From Octopus vulgaris (Eukaryota), in contig OX597831.1 of assembly GCA_951406725.2 (NCBI GenBank), positions 17,918,001 through 17,982,000 of the forward strand: a stretch of 64,000 nt of DNA, in the 5' to 3' direction. Under the pieces are notes generated by a model. The model did no database searches and was not told the origin of the DNA. It saw nothing but the letters and a program-made list of their open reading frames with translations. Every line of letters starts with the position of its first letter. The first letter of the stretch is position 1. A program made the position numbers and the translations under genes. Of this stretch, positions 13,231-26,834 are shown piece by piece.

Positions 13231-14871
13231 AGGATTAACTCGACATACTCACTGTACAGGTAGTTAATATGATTGTATGCACGTTTGTGTGTGCGCGTGT
13301 GTGTGCATTCGCTTTTCTTCTTAAAGGATAAGGCAGAATATGTCATTTAAAAAAAAAATCTACTGTTGTGAAATCTAAGTTGATCTTACTCATTCTCCAA
13401 TTAATTTTTCTCTTTTGTATTTTCGAAACACCGTTTCCCCTTTCGTGTTATTGAATCCCACTTTCGATATTATCTTTATACAATTTGTTGCATTGTTAGT
13501 AGTGAGATTCTTGATTTCAGCATATTTTTCTGTCAGCTATTACTATTCAACATCTTGCATATATTTTGAAAGAATTCATCCTATATTTATAATTCTTGGG
13601 ATCACTTGTTCATGGTATTTAGAGTTCTGATATTAACTGGATTGTTTCGCAGTCATCTGCGGCTATTTTTAATTTTAGTGGCTCCAAAGAAAATGTCAAA
13701 TCACTACATCATTTGACACTGTACATCATGGAAAGTCTATCACCCCCATAAAAAGATCCTACTTAGAAAAAACAGCTAACACAATTGTTTGCGTTGTATT
13801 GAACCCAAAATGTAGACATCAAAATACACCAGATTTTGTCAGAAGCAACGTATATGAAAGCGATGTAAATGATATGCATTTTATATACTCAGCGAGCCAC
13901 ACCATGCCAATGTTTATGTCATGAACAAAAGGGAAACCTATTGTGCTGTTGAGACATATTTATTGAAAGGCACAATATTTTGCTATAGAAGAGAAAATAG
14001 AAAAGGAAAACCAAAATATCAATTCTAAAACTACAAAGACATTTGTTGGGAATAAAAGAAAAGACGATATTATAAGAAAGAAGCACAAAAGATTGAAAAC
14101 GTTAAACAAAAGGAACTTGTGTTTAGAAGAAAAACCGTATTAAGACGAACTCTATTCACAAACTTTAAAAAATCCCATATATATGAATGAAACATATCTT
14201 TACAACAAACAAATTTACATTGCATCTGTTTGTAAGAAATATATTATACCATTCGTCATCTAAAGTGAGAAGCTTAATGTACTGAGTTATCTGAAAATGA
14301 AGGTTTTGCAGAGAGTGGGCAGAAGATGCTGAAAAGTCAGTGTAACTAATGCTAGGATGCGCGATAACTGAAAGAACAACGCCACGGATTAACGAGAATC
14401 AACAGATCAACGCTGCTATTGTATGTCGGACGCACAATGTCATTGGCGCCCCTTCATCCAAACTATAAGAGTTGAACGAAAGGGAGAAAGAGGCCGACAC
14501 ACAGCTTTGGTCATTTATGACATCAAATACTGGACTTGAAGAAGTAGCCTACTTGCATGGTAGATGTTCACCTTTGGCTTAATGGAAGGCTTGGCATTGC
14601 GATGTCACGTGACGTGTAGAAACAATAGTGATACATACATATATATATCATTATGTGTGTGTGTGTCTCGTCGTGTAGACATATATATATATATATATAT
14701 ACAGTGCAGAAATTATAACACGAATGCAGTGTGAAATAAATGACTGTGCGAGGGAGTGCTGAAAATTTCCTGGGTTTAGGGTCATAGAGAAGGGCATGGT
14801 GGGAGGCGCAAACTTTCGAGATCTTTTACTGAAGCGCCGCTGAAATAAGTGGGTATCAGTTTTAATGCACG

Positions 14872-14901
<30 letters not shown>

Positions 14902-14903
<2 letters not shown>

Positions 14904-16030
14904 CAGTGGTTGGACAAAATAATGATAACACCTGGCATCATAGCATTGTAAGTTCTTAAAACATCCTTAAAACCGGCACATACCTCTTTATTTTTATGTT
15001 TTTTGATTTATCATTAGTGTTGCTTAATATAGTTTTCTAAAATTGTTGTTTCTCTTCAGTTATCATCAGAAAAAGAAAAATAAAATTCATTAAAATGACA
15101 GATCTATTGGAATTTCAAAGAGGTCAATTGTTGGTGCTCGAATGGCGGGCGCTAGCGTAAAGAAAACACCGGAAATGTTGAGAGTATCAAAACGTAGAGT
15201 CTCGAAGGTAATACCAGCCTTTGAGAAAGATGGACACACCTCGTTGTCGAAACAAAACTCCGGAAAAAAAACCCAAATATTTTAGATATGGACGTCGGAC
15301 ACTTCCGCAAAGTTGTAGAAAGCATCACAAATGAACAGCTCCGAAAATTACAGTAGAGTTTAATAACTACTAAAACTGTTCGCCGGGAGCTGCACAGAAT
15401 CGAATTTCATGGGGGGGTTGCAATCAGTAAACCACTACTTTCAAAAACAAACGTTGCCAAGCGTTTAGTGTGGAGTAAAAACCTACATAAACGGTCCCTA
15501 GAGCAGTGGGAAAATGTTATTTTCTTGGGCGAGTCATCCTTTATCAGATTTCCGACCACCAGCCAAGTATACGCGTGGAGACAGCCAAAACAAGCATTTG
15601 ACCCAAACTGCCTTTCTCCCACTGTTAAACATGGACAAGGATCTGTGATGGTCTGGGTGGGGACTATATCCTTCAAATCCGCCAGCTCAATGGGTTCCCT
15701 CCGTGGAAGAATTATAGTGAAAGACTATTTTAGTGTTTTATCTGATCAAATTCATCCTATGTTTGCGGAACCGTTTCCGGAGGAAAACGCAATATTCCAG
15801 GATGATAATGCACACATTCACATAGCTTAGGTTGTTGGTGAATGGCACGAAGAAAATTTTGGTGAAGTTGAACATCTTATCTGGCCAACACAGTTGCCAC
15901 ATCTCAATATTATTAAACATTTATGGTGCATTTTAGAAAAACATATAAGTAGTCGATATCTCTCACAGTCATCACCACAAGACCTGAAGACTATTTTAGC
16001 TTGTAATGGACAAAAATTCCTTTGTACGGT
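14902..16030 (+). mobile_element. Tc1-like transposon relic
   Basis: ta-cagtgg start; [43 protein letters not shown] motifs. Confidence 0.9.
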
Positions 16031-16117
16031 CCATATATATGTATTTATATACATTTGTGTGTCTTTATTTATAAATGTGTGAATGCATGTAAGCATATGT
16101 ATGTGTGTATATATATG

Positions 16118-16324
<207 letters not shown>

Positions 16325-16632
16325 GCTCCGGCAGGGGATGGTGGCGATCTCTGCTGTACTCTTTCGCCACAACTTTCTTTAATTCTTTCTTCTGTTGGCC
16401 TGCCCGCTTAGCCAGCGGGGTGCTGTGAATTGATGGCTAAACCAATGCAAAGCGCATTGTGACCAGCGGTGTGTAGCAACATCTGATAGCCTGGTGATAA
16501 AAAAAATATATATGTATGTATGTATCTAAATAGCAGTCAAAACCCTGACTGTAAAACCACGTTAAATGTTCGTTTCGCACCATGAGATAAGACAGAGGGA
16601 CAAAATAGACTAGCCAAAAATATTACTGAATA

Positions 16633-16690
16633 ATTCAAGATCCCGGATTTCTAGCTTTGCTTTAAATAAGCTTCGCCTCGTCAGTTGAAT
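16633..16690 (-). ncRNA. Hammerhead ribozyme motif in a PLE-like repeat (repeat pieces ~16520-16960 and ~19113-19725)
   Basis: attcaa-CTGACGA-ggc...gcta-GAAA-tccggga-TC-ttgaat: perfect 6-bp stem I, extra A before GAAA. Confidence 0.6.
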
Positions 16691-16962
16691 ATATCATATA
16701 GGCACATAAATACAAATAAATATATGCAGAACAAACGTTATACTTACATATACGAACGTTCATGCATACATATATATGCACGTATGTACAAGGCCAGTTA
16801 AATTGCCCGCCGAAATACCCCATAAGCACGATATGGTCAAAGTAAACACCGCAGTGAATACAATGACGAATTATATAAATTTATAAATAAGGATAATATC
16901 GATATTAGCACGAGAAAATAAACAGAGAATTAAAAACAGAAGCTTTAACGCCTAGTGGTCGA

Positions 16963-17036
<74 letters not shown>

Positions 17037-17037
<1 letters not shown>

Positions 17038-18243
17038 TAGCTAAAGGTGACCCGCTCTACGAGCGGGTTAGAGTGTTACTTTCTGTTGCTTCCTTTCAGC
17101 ACGTAAAAAGCACCATCCGAACGTGGCCGATTGCAGCGCCGCCTTGACTTGCTTCTGTGCCGGTGGCACGTAAAAAGCACCAACCGATCGTGGCCGCTGG
17201 CAGCCCCCCTGGCACCTGTGCCGGCGGCACGAAAAAAAGCACCCACTACGCTCACAGAGTGGTTGGCGTTAGGAAGGGCATCCACCTGTAAAAACACTGC
17301 CAGATCAGACTGGAGCCTGGTGCAGCCTCCTGGCTTCCCAGACCCCGGTCAAACTGTCCAACCCGTGCTAGCACGGAAAATGGACGTTAAACGATGATGA
17401 TGATGATGATGATGATGATTCTCCCTCTTTGTTTCTCTCTCCTTTCTCTCTCACTTTTCCCACTCTCTTACTCTTCCTTTCTCTCGGACTCTCCCTCGCT
17501 TTCTCTTACTCTCTATCTTTATCTATCTCTCTCCCATTTATAAACAACAAAAGATCTTGAGTAAGTTCAGAAATAAAATATTTAGAAAGATCAATCATAA
17601 ATATCAGGCAGTAACAAGGGAAAGGTCTGCTTGAAGGGAGACAGCAAAACACTAACATTTAAAAGAGACAGATGAACTTGCGAGCTGAATAAAAATAATA
17701 AAATATTGGAAACCAAAGTTTGGAGGGATAGAATCTGAGGATAGTAGAGTGACCATGGCTGGCATTTCTTAACGACGGACAGCAACGTTTTGACAGTTTA
17801 ACGGCTGGCGTAAAATTTTGAACTTGATGTAAAAGAAAATCCCTAAACACCAAGTTTTTAAGTGATTCTTTCTCACGACAGTAGACTCACCATGGCAAGC
17901 ATTCAACACTTCTTCATCATGGACGGTAACACATTGACGATTAAAAGGATGGCGCAAATTTTTTAGCTTGATGTAACAGAGAATTCCTAAACACCCGCTC
18001 CTTTAAATTTTAATCCCCTTCCAGCCCCATTTAGACCCCTTTTCACATTTTGGCTAATATAACCCGATCTACTGGGTTATATTTATAATCGGGTCTACTG
18101 GGGCCACATTTTATAAGATGAGGAATTTTGTCCTACAGGTCACGCCTTTCATTTGAGGAAAACAAATAGTTGTCATGCAAACTCGCCAGCACTTTTAACA
18201 TAGGTCTGCATATTTTCAGCTCAACCGACCACATAATGCACAC

Positions 18244-18314
<71 letters not shown>

Positions 18315-19112
18315 GTGTGTGTGTATGTGTGTTGGAGTCTCTCTCATACATGAGCGTTGACGCTGAATTCGACTGGTAAGCAGGTAACCTTGTCTTTGTT
18401 GAAATAGTTGTGAGCTGCTGGAGTTATTTCTCTGACGGGTAATAGGAATTTCCATATCTTCCGAGGAAACGAACTGTTGACCCAGAAAATTAGAATTAAT
18501 TTTAATAAAAGCATCAATTTAAGAAAAAATAATAAAGTAGTAAAAAAGGAATATTTAGCACGAACAATATGCAGGGTTCTAAATAAATGTTAAAATGTAA
18601 TAGATACGAAAAACCTATGTTATCACCAGAACACGAACGCACGTCGGGGTGTTCTGTTTGAATTTGCTCCATCGGCGTGTTGACAGGCAAACAATAGAAT
18701 GGATGGCGAGATTCATAATATTTGCTGTCATGATTGTGTGTTGGTGGTGGCGATGATAGAGTGTTGATGGTGGCGATGATAATTCTCTCTATGAATGCAG
18801 ACAGATACATAAAAGAACGCCGTAGTGACGGGAAGTTAGGAAATAGAGTGAGTGAAAAAGTGCTGGGAAGAGAGGAAATAGCGAGAGTGAGTTGAGGAAG
18901 ACAGATACATTAAAGAACGTGAATGGACTTGTCAAAGTTGGTTTTTGGCCCTAGCACCGACACTCTTTAAGGTAGGGATTTCTAAGGTAGCTCACGGGCA
19001 TCGTCACCTCATTTTACATGTCCCTGTAAATTTTGAAGTGAATCGGACGGGATGTAGTGGCCTTGAAAGCGATCCAAGCGGTAAAAACGCATTTCAGTTT
19101 TATATATAGAGA
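17037..19112 (-). mobile_element. Non-autonomous Helitron with nested SINE (~17090-17420) and microsatellites
   Basis: 5' a|TCTCTATATATAAAAC; 3' hairpin acccgctc-gta-gagcgggt followed by CTAG|t. Confidence 0.8.
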
Positions 19113-19767
19113 TATATATAAATTTATAAATAAGGATAATATCGATATTTAAATATCGATATTATCAAGGCGCCAGCATGGGAAAAATAACATACAAAGG
19201 TAATAATTTTAACAACTAAAAATAAGGGTGTCTGAGAGACATCACCATGCCGAAATAGCAGTCAGAACCTAGAACTCCTGGATCTTGAATTATTCAGTAA
19301 TATTTTTTGCTAGTCTATTTTGTGTCCCTGTCTTATCTCATGGTGCGATATGAACATTTAACGTGGTTTTTAGAGTCAGGGTTTTGACTGCTATTTCGGC
19401 ATGGTGGTGTCTCTCAGTCACTCTTATTTTTAGTTGTAAACAATTATTACCTTTGCATGGTATTTTTCCCATGCTGGCCCCTTGATAATATCGATATTTA
19501 AATATCGATATTATTTTTATTTATAAATTTATATATATATTCATCGACCACTTGGCGTTAAAGCTTCTTTTTTTAGTTCTCTGTTTATTTTCTCGTGCTC
19601 TGTTCTGTTGAAGTGAGTAGGCTCAAAACCTAAGTCTTTCTCACCTTCCCGAGAACTCGAATTATACACCAATTTATGGTTTACAAAGCTGTCTTCGTGT
19701 TTTGTTCTTTTGTAAGATCCAACTATATATAAATATATGTATGTATATATAATATATGCATATATAC

Positions 19768-19833
<66 letters not shown>

Positions 19834-19886
19834 TATTTACTTAGATATATATACCTATCTATCTGTCTCTATCTATCGATATACAC

Positions 19887-19940
<54 letters not shown>

Positions 19941-20065
19941 CGTTTTGGGATTTGGTTTGCAAGCTTCTTTATATGAGTTCGTGTGTATATACAGTGAGTG
20001 AATGATATAATCATCGGTATTATGTTAATAAACATTGTAATAGAATACTTAATATATCTACTTAC

Positions 20066-20105
20066 CAATCACTAGAAGCAACATAAAAAAGGCAAAATTC
20101 TTCAT
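20066..20105 (-). CDS. Gene A first coding exon (whole exon 20066-20152): signal peptide MKNFAFFMLLLVI(G)
   Basis: Acceptor gtctgcag| before 20152, ATG at 20105, 13 codons plus G, donor |gtaagta. Homologous to 56223-56300 with the same 40-nt coding length and phase-1 intron; flanks align too. Confidence 0.85.
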
Positions 20106-20604
20106 AGCGTTGCTCTTGTATTACTTATTAATTGTGTTCACGAAGAAGTCATCTGCAGACAGTAATATCTTAAATATGTATATTTGTATAATGCAACACA
20201 TGTGCCTCGAAGAATTGTAAATATTAAGTATATTTATCGTTTTGTCGTGTAGTGATATATTTGACATGGAATATTATGTATGATGTTCTAAGTATACATG
20301 TGCACATTTCTTTTTCCTTGTCCCATGCTGGTTATTAACGAGAATCCACGCATATAGGTTATTATATTGAGGACAAATAATGCGCCATATGTTACCGCCT
20401 ACGGTCCCCATTACAGCTGCATTTATGGAGGGATACAAAGGGAATGCGTGAAGCCATGACATCAAAGAATGGACATGAAATACTGGTCTGCTCTTTCGTA
20501 ACAAAGATACATAAACAGGCTTGGTGGGTGAGCACAATCCGATCCACTGCAACATTGTTCGTGCGGTGTTGATTGTAGCGCACACATACACACACGAACA
20601 TACA

Positions 20605-20653
<49 letters not shown>

Positions 20654-20713
20654 TTGGAAAAAGATGCGTCGCGTTCGATCAGATATTAATATAAATAATA
20701 TAAATATATATAC

Positions 20714-20744
<31 letters not shown>

Positions 20745-21070
20745 AGGAGCAACACACATACTTAAATAAAATGTACTGTCACGTGATAGAAAATTCAACA
20801 AACTATATATACGCCATCTGATGAGAGGTAAATATTGTTTATTTATGGGGCAGAATACATGGTTTGAAGCGTATCTAATAGTTTCATATGTTGAGAAAGA
20901 CGCAAACCACATAACGACCGATGCTATTAGCTATACATTGCCTTCTCTGTTTGGGGGCGTTTCTTTTATTATTCAATACTTTTAGTTCGTTATGATACGT
21001 GGGTTGCACCTGAAGAATATATCTGAGTATTAGTGTTCTACATTTGAGGAATTATGTACCTTATTTAAAT

Positions 21071-21083
21071 TACTTACATTTTA
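21071..21083 (-). promoter_or_regulatory. Gene A probable 5'UTR exon splice donor
   Basis: AT|gtaagta, aligned with the identical donor at 60111-60117 of gene B within homologous flanks. Confidence 0.5.
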
Positions 21084-21129
21084 CGGTTATTTGTCCTCAT
21101 CTTATTTATTGTTACATTTATAAGCCCCA

Positions 21130-22061
21130 AAATTCACTCCACTCCATAAGTGCCCACATAGTGCCAGATGAGCATAACATTTCTAATTCCGTTGATGCTG
21201 TACTCAACATCGATGAAGCTGTGAATTATCCAATTGAATTCTTGAATAATCTAGCTCCACCCGGCCTCGCACCTCCCAACTTGTACCTCAAGAATGGGGC
21301 ACTAATTACGCTACTTAGAAACTTCGATCCACCAAAGCTTTGCAATGGCACACGACTTATAATAAAGAAGATGCCAGCCGTCTTGGAGGCAACAATTTTG
21401 ACTGGTAAAGCAAGCGGTGAGCCGGTATGCATTCCTAGAATTCAGCTCATTCCCTCGGATATGTCTTCCGAGTGCAATCCCTCGCAATTCCTATCGAAAC
21501 TGAGATTTGCAATGAGTAATAACAAGTTCCGGGGGTTCCTTACATGTGGAGCTACTGAACTTTCCGGAGCGCGTTTCCTCCCATGGCCATGGCCAGCTTT
21601 ATGAGGAACGCTCAAGAGTCGGCAATCTAAACAAGTTGGTTAGTTATGTTCCACAAGGAAAGACCAAAATGCTGTTTATCAAAAAGATTTGCAAACTTAA
21701 TACGATTCACCAAATCATCAATTATTCATTATTTAACTGTAATATGTCCAAGTATTGTAAATCTGGTGATAATCTACATGTTATTTTAAAATATATATGC
21801 AAATTATTTGTATGTCTACTGTAAAATTAAATGTCAATCTGTAGCCTGTTCTTTCGTAACTCGTTTCACGATTTTTGTATCAATCCCTTATTTCAATTTC
21901 CTAAAACAAGATCCTATGTAAGACAGTTCGGTATACATTGTAAATGCACTAAACCCGTTTTAAGGGGTACATACATTGTAGTGTTGTTAAGCGAAACAAT
22001 TATGAGAACGGAACCAAGAGATAAGCCCCGGATATCCGGAAATTACCGTTTACGTCAGCTA
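21130..22061 (+). mobile_element. Helitron PIF1-helicase 3' relic
   Basis: NYPIEFLNNL..PPGL..LLRNFDPPKLCNGTRL..CIPRI and HGQLY..SRV motifs; degenerate 3' end. Confidence 0.9.
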
Positions 22062-22183
22062 ATATATATATATATATATATTATATTATATTATAACATA
22101 TATTATATATATACACATATATGCATATGTTTATGTATATAAATGTTTGTATGCAAATATATATATTTCTATACACATATATA

Positions 22184-22414
22184 TTTCTTTACTACCCACA
22201 AGGGGCTAAACATAGAGGGGACAAACAAGGACAGACAAAGGGATTAAGTCGATTACATCGACCCCAGTGCGAAACTGGTACTTAATTTATCGACCCCGAA
22301 AGGATGAAAGACAAAGTCAACCTCGGCGGAATTCGAACTCATAACGTAACGACAGACGAAATACCGCTAAGCATTTCGCCCTGCGCGCTAACGTTTCTGC
22401 CAGCTCGCCGCCTT
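22184..22414 (-). mobile_element. SINE
   Basis: Same family as 8774-9006; flanked by repeated tatacacatatata. Confidence 0.9.
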
Positions 22415-23697
22415 GTATACACATATATAGTTCACAGTTCCCTTGGGGTTTGATATTTGTTGTATACGGTATAAAACTATTTCAAGTGAGGGGTAGCTTG
22501 TCTGCCACAGCTGTTTATTCTCCAGAATGTGACGCCATCCACATTGTAAAACGAGACTGATTCATACGATTGCACTTTTTGAAATTTCGGTTATTTAATT
22601 ACTGTACGATAATATTTTGATATTGTAGATTGTTATCAAGGAGATTGATATCGAAAAGACTTATACTCTTGTAACCACATGGACTTCGAATACGCCATGC
22701 ATTCCAGAAAAAACACTCCGCACAGCATGGGTTGAAACTCCGATTCTGATGCGTTCTTCGATGCATAGAGGAGATCATACGATAGGGCGAATACGAGCAA
22801 TTTTTAACTTAAATACCCTGAGGTCCAACTTTCCATCTCACGTTATTGTCCTATACCGTGAGCATGGTTGGGGAATATCTCATGACTTTCTTAGTCACAT
22901 TCCGGAGAGATTAGGAAAAGCAAATCATTGATATCGTTAGTGTATTAGTCCTCAAATTCGCTGATACCACTAAACCGTATAAAGCTGAAATTTATATGTT
23001 TACCTTGATCTAAATTATGAATATTCAAATAGGACCTGGATATATCCATCAGGATCAGGATATCTCTATAATTATTTACCTGGTCAATAATTTGTATGTT
23101 CTGTATCATATAATTACGTTATATAATATACATCTGCTAATAGAATACTCGATACGAGCAGAAAAATAAACCAGGAAAATGTTATCATGCTTTTTCTTCT
23201 GTGATCATGTAGAAAGGATGACGGAGAGTATGATCTTTGAATTATTTGATACGATGTAATACCTTTTTGTGCCCCGAATATAAGCATGCAAGAATCATAG
23301 GCAGTTTTACGTTGTATGGTGAAATATTTAACTTTGAATATGGTATGCGTGATTTTAAAGATTTTATGGACTTATTTTATTTTTCGTTGCATCCTACTTC
23401 TTATTATCAGGAAACGATGATACGCAACTATTATAGTTAGGGCGCTCAATGTGCCGCCCAGTGCGCCGCCCAATATGCCACGTGTTTTAGTGCATACATT
23501 GTGACTGCTAATAAAGACTCTCAAGATTTTCGGTGTGGAAAACTTAAAATTTAGCGACCGTAAAATTTAACAACTTTTATAAAACCAAGAATAATCCAAT
23601 TAACAATTTCAATAAAGTTCTCGATCTACAAATATCTGAATATATTTCCAGAAATATAAATACTGTTCAACTACTATAATTTCCATTATCATTAAAG

Positions 23698-24930
23698 ATA
23701 TACGAGGTGCATTCCATGTTTCTAGATATATATTAATGACAATGATGATCGATGATGATCAAAAGTATATTTCGAGGCAGGATCTTGTAACTTCAAATCA
23801 CTTGATCTAGAGTTCCATCGACTTCTTGAAGGTCACATAAGAAGCCCTTCAAAATGCAAATTTCCATGACTCTTGTCACAATATTTTGGGCTTCTTAATA
23901 TATTGAAAATAACTATCCATGAGATAATCCCCCAGATTTTGGAACAACTAAAGTTGCAGGGAGACATTCTCGAATGTATGGAGACACATTAGTGATTTGA
24001 CGCTCTTTCCTGTCAAGAATTGTGAACTCAAGATACCACCGACCCGAATAGAAGACATTTGATTATTTTGTAACGAATCTGTACGGCTTCATACATTCAA
24101 TGGAGTGCTGTTTGTACACCGAATTGTCAGACGGATGCCACAGGATACAGATTATGCTGTTGCCGTCGACAAAACTGATCATTATGTGATTTCCGTCCGC
24201 GCACTCATCGGTCAGAGAGCCATGATACTTAAATTGGTTCCTAACTCTCTTCGCCTTTGAGGAATAACTGAGTCAAGCACTCCTGGAATGTAAGCTATAA
24301 GGTTAACTATTTTCCTACTCTCACTAACGCGCCTATCCTTCGTTTATTCACTGAACACCTTGCGGACAAATTTTGCACAAATTCTGTACATATTCAGGTC
24401 TTCAGGACGGGCTTTGTGTACAGTTGACACACCAACTGAAAAGCGTAAGGCAATTGTTTGTATAGTCACATGACGGTCTTCTCAACTAGAACCGTTGTTC
24501 TGCCGACCCTCTCCCTCTCAAACCTCTCCTCATGTCACATATACTCTCTACCGTTTTTTAATCTCTTGAACCCGTACAAAATTGTTACGTGGTTTATAAA
24601 ACATCATACATATGCATCTATAGCAATTCCTAAAATTCTGATAGGGTTCGCTCAGTTTAGAACAACATTTCATCGCATATTAAGTTTGAAAATTGAATTC
24701 ACAATCACGCATCTCTTCTGAACAATAGTCAGCTGTGACAAGTTGTCTTTTGTAGAAGGATGTGCATTTTCAAAGGACTGTTGTAGCTCCTTCATTCGGT
24801 CTAGAACGGTTTTCCGCAGTCGGTCTTCCACGACACACTATTGTGACTAGACGATGCTCAGTATGCCGCAGTGTATCCGGAATAAGTATTTTCGCAATAG
24901 TTTTAGCTACATGTTTAGTTCAATTGAGCC
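23698..24930 (-). mobile_element. Degraded mariner
   Basis: tacgaggtg end; decayed transposase-like sequence; interrupts the A/B homology. Confidence 0.55.
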
Positions 24931-25574
24931 GCCGAATTTTCAAAACAATATAAGTGAGCCGCAAGTGAAAAAAAGGGTCCAGATCACTGGTCTAGATTTA
25001 AAAAATACTGCAATTCCCTTTCATAAATGAATAATAATTATATACTCATATAATTTTCATCTATGGCAGTTAAAGCTGTCATTCCAAAGACGTTTGTAGA
25101 CTGATATTAAATATAATTAATCTTTGGATAATAAATTTTCTGCTTAACAACAAAGCCATGTGTAGATGGTGTTGAATTTTGAAATTTTGAGAAAGTATAA
25201 AACAAATATGTAAGTATATGTCTGGAGTATTTAATTATCCTTCTCATTAAAAACGATACAGAAACACAAGGCAGGATCATCAAAACTTATAAAATAATGC
25301 TGGCAGATGTTTATTAGAATATTTTCTTCATTGAGACATTAGAAATGTAACCAAAAGTGCTGAAAGGTTCGTTGGTGGTTGATATGTAATCTATAAACAG
25401 AATAGAAAAAATACAATTTACATAAATATTGAAGCAGATTGATGTGAAGTATGTAGGCATGTAGCTGTATACACAACACACAGAGACAAACGTACGCATA
25501 CGCACGTATACATAAATCCATGTCCATACACACATATATGTACACACACATGTTCATACATATATAAACGCACA

Positions 25575-25617
<43 letters not shown>

Positions 25618-25930
25618 CACATAGAAATACAATGAGAAGCTTCCAAATAGGAAAGCCTTGTGCTAGAAAGAGCAGTAGAAAACTCAAAACCACCATATAA
25701 GGATAAATTTTCGAAAGGAATGAAAATTTAAAACGTTTACCATCACAATTATTTCCCAGACCATGGTTTCTAACTATTTCCAGGGTTTTCTACTGCTCTT
25801 TCTAGCACAACGCTTTCCTATTTGAAAGCCTCTTATTGTATTTCTATGTGAATAACATATAGTCGAATGACTAATTCGTTTTTTAGCTAGGCCACTGGTA
25901 ATAATAATTTCTTATTACCCTATTGTTATT

Positions 25931-26029
<99 letters not shown>

Positions 26030-26080
26030 GGATACATGCATATATATCTATATATGTATATGTCTATGTGTATATATATG

Positions 26081-26111
<31 letters not shown>

Positions 26112-26149
26112 GTATTTGTATATATAAACTTAGATAAACTTAAATGTGT

Positions 26150-26580
26150 TTCAACTAATGATTGGTCCAGGCCATGTCTAACTTAATAGCACCACCTGAT
26201 AGGATTTTTTGAATCCTGTTTAAGTCAAGTTTTGCTTATGGTCCATTCAAGTAGTTAGTTTTTGTTGGGTGAGTTGTATCCAATTATGGGTGACTTATCT
26301 GGTATTCTTTGAAGGAATCTATCCAGACTCCATTTAAAATTGATGGGATCCTGTTCCTCTTTGATCTCTTTCGGGACAATGTTAAATAGTGCAGGTCCTG
26401 TTGAGGAAAAGAAATTATGTTGTAGTATATATGTATGTTGTGATCTTGAATTGGGCAGGGGACGTATGGCCCGTGGTCCCATTCTTGGATGAACCTTGAA
26501 GCTTATGTTCAGGTCGTTTGGGCAAAGTTGGCCGTATATTCTCCACATCGTACAAATGATGTACCGCTCACGGTACATAA
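26150..26580 (-). mobile_element. 3' fragment of a CR1/L2-type LINE
   Basis: RERYII..W..HNFFSSTGPALFN.VP..FKWSLDRFL..IPD, a typical ORF2 C-terminus. Confidence 0.7.
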
Positions 26581-26834
26581 TAGGGAGTAAATCAAAACTT
26601 ACAGGGAAAAATTAGATTTTGGATTAAATCTAATTTTATAGTATAAATATATATATATTAAATTAGAGCTAAAACCACTATTATGCAAATGAAACAGTGA
26701 TAATCATTAACCAATACATACAAATAAAATTAATAAAAAAATATATATAATATAAAATTCAAAATTTAAAATTTTTAAATTAAATTTCTTTTCATAGGCT
26801 CAAGAGTGGCTGTGTGGTAAGTAGCTCGCTAACC

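Noticed and set aside
13650-14640. Coding-like stretch in gene A intron 1
   Set aside because: Stops in all frames and absent from gene B; probably old TE debris I cannot classify.
23004-23009. 6-nt candidate tttag|ATCAAG|gtaaac
   Set aside because: No paralogous support; expected by chance in AT-rich DNA.
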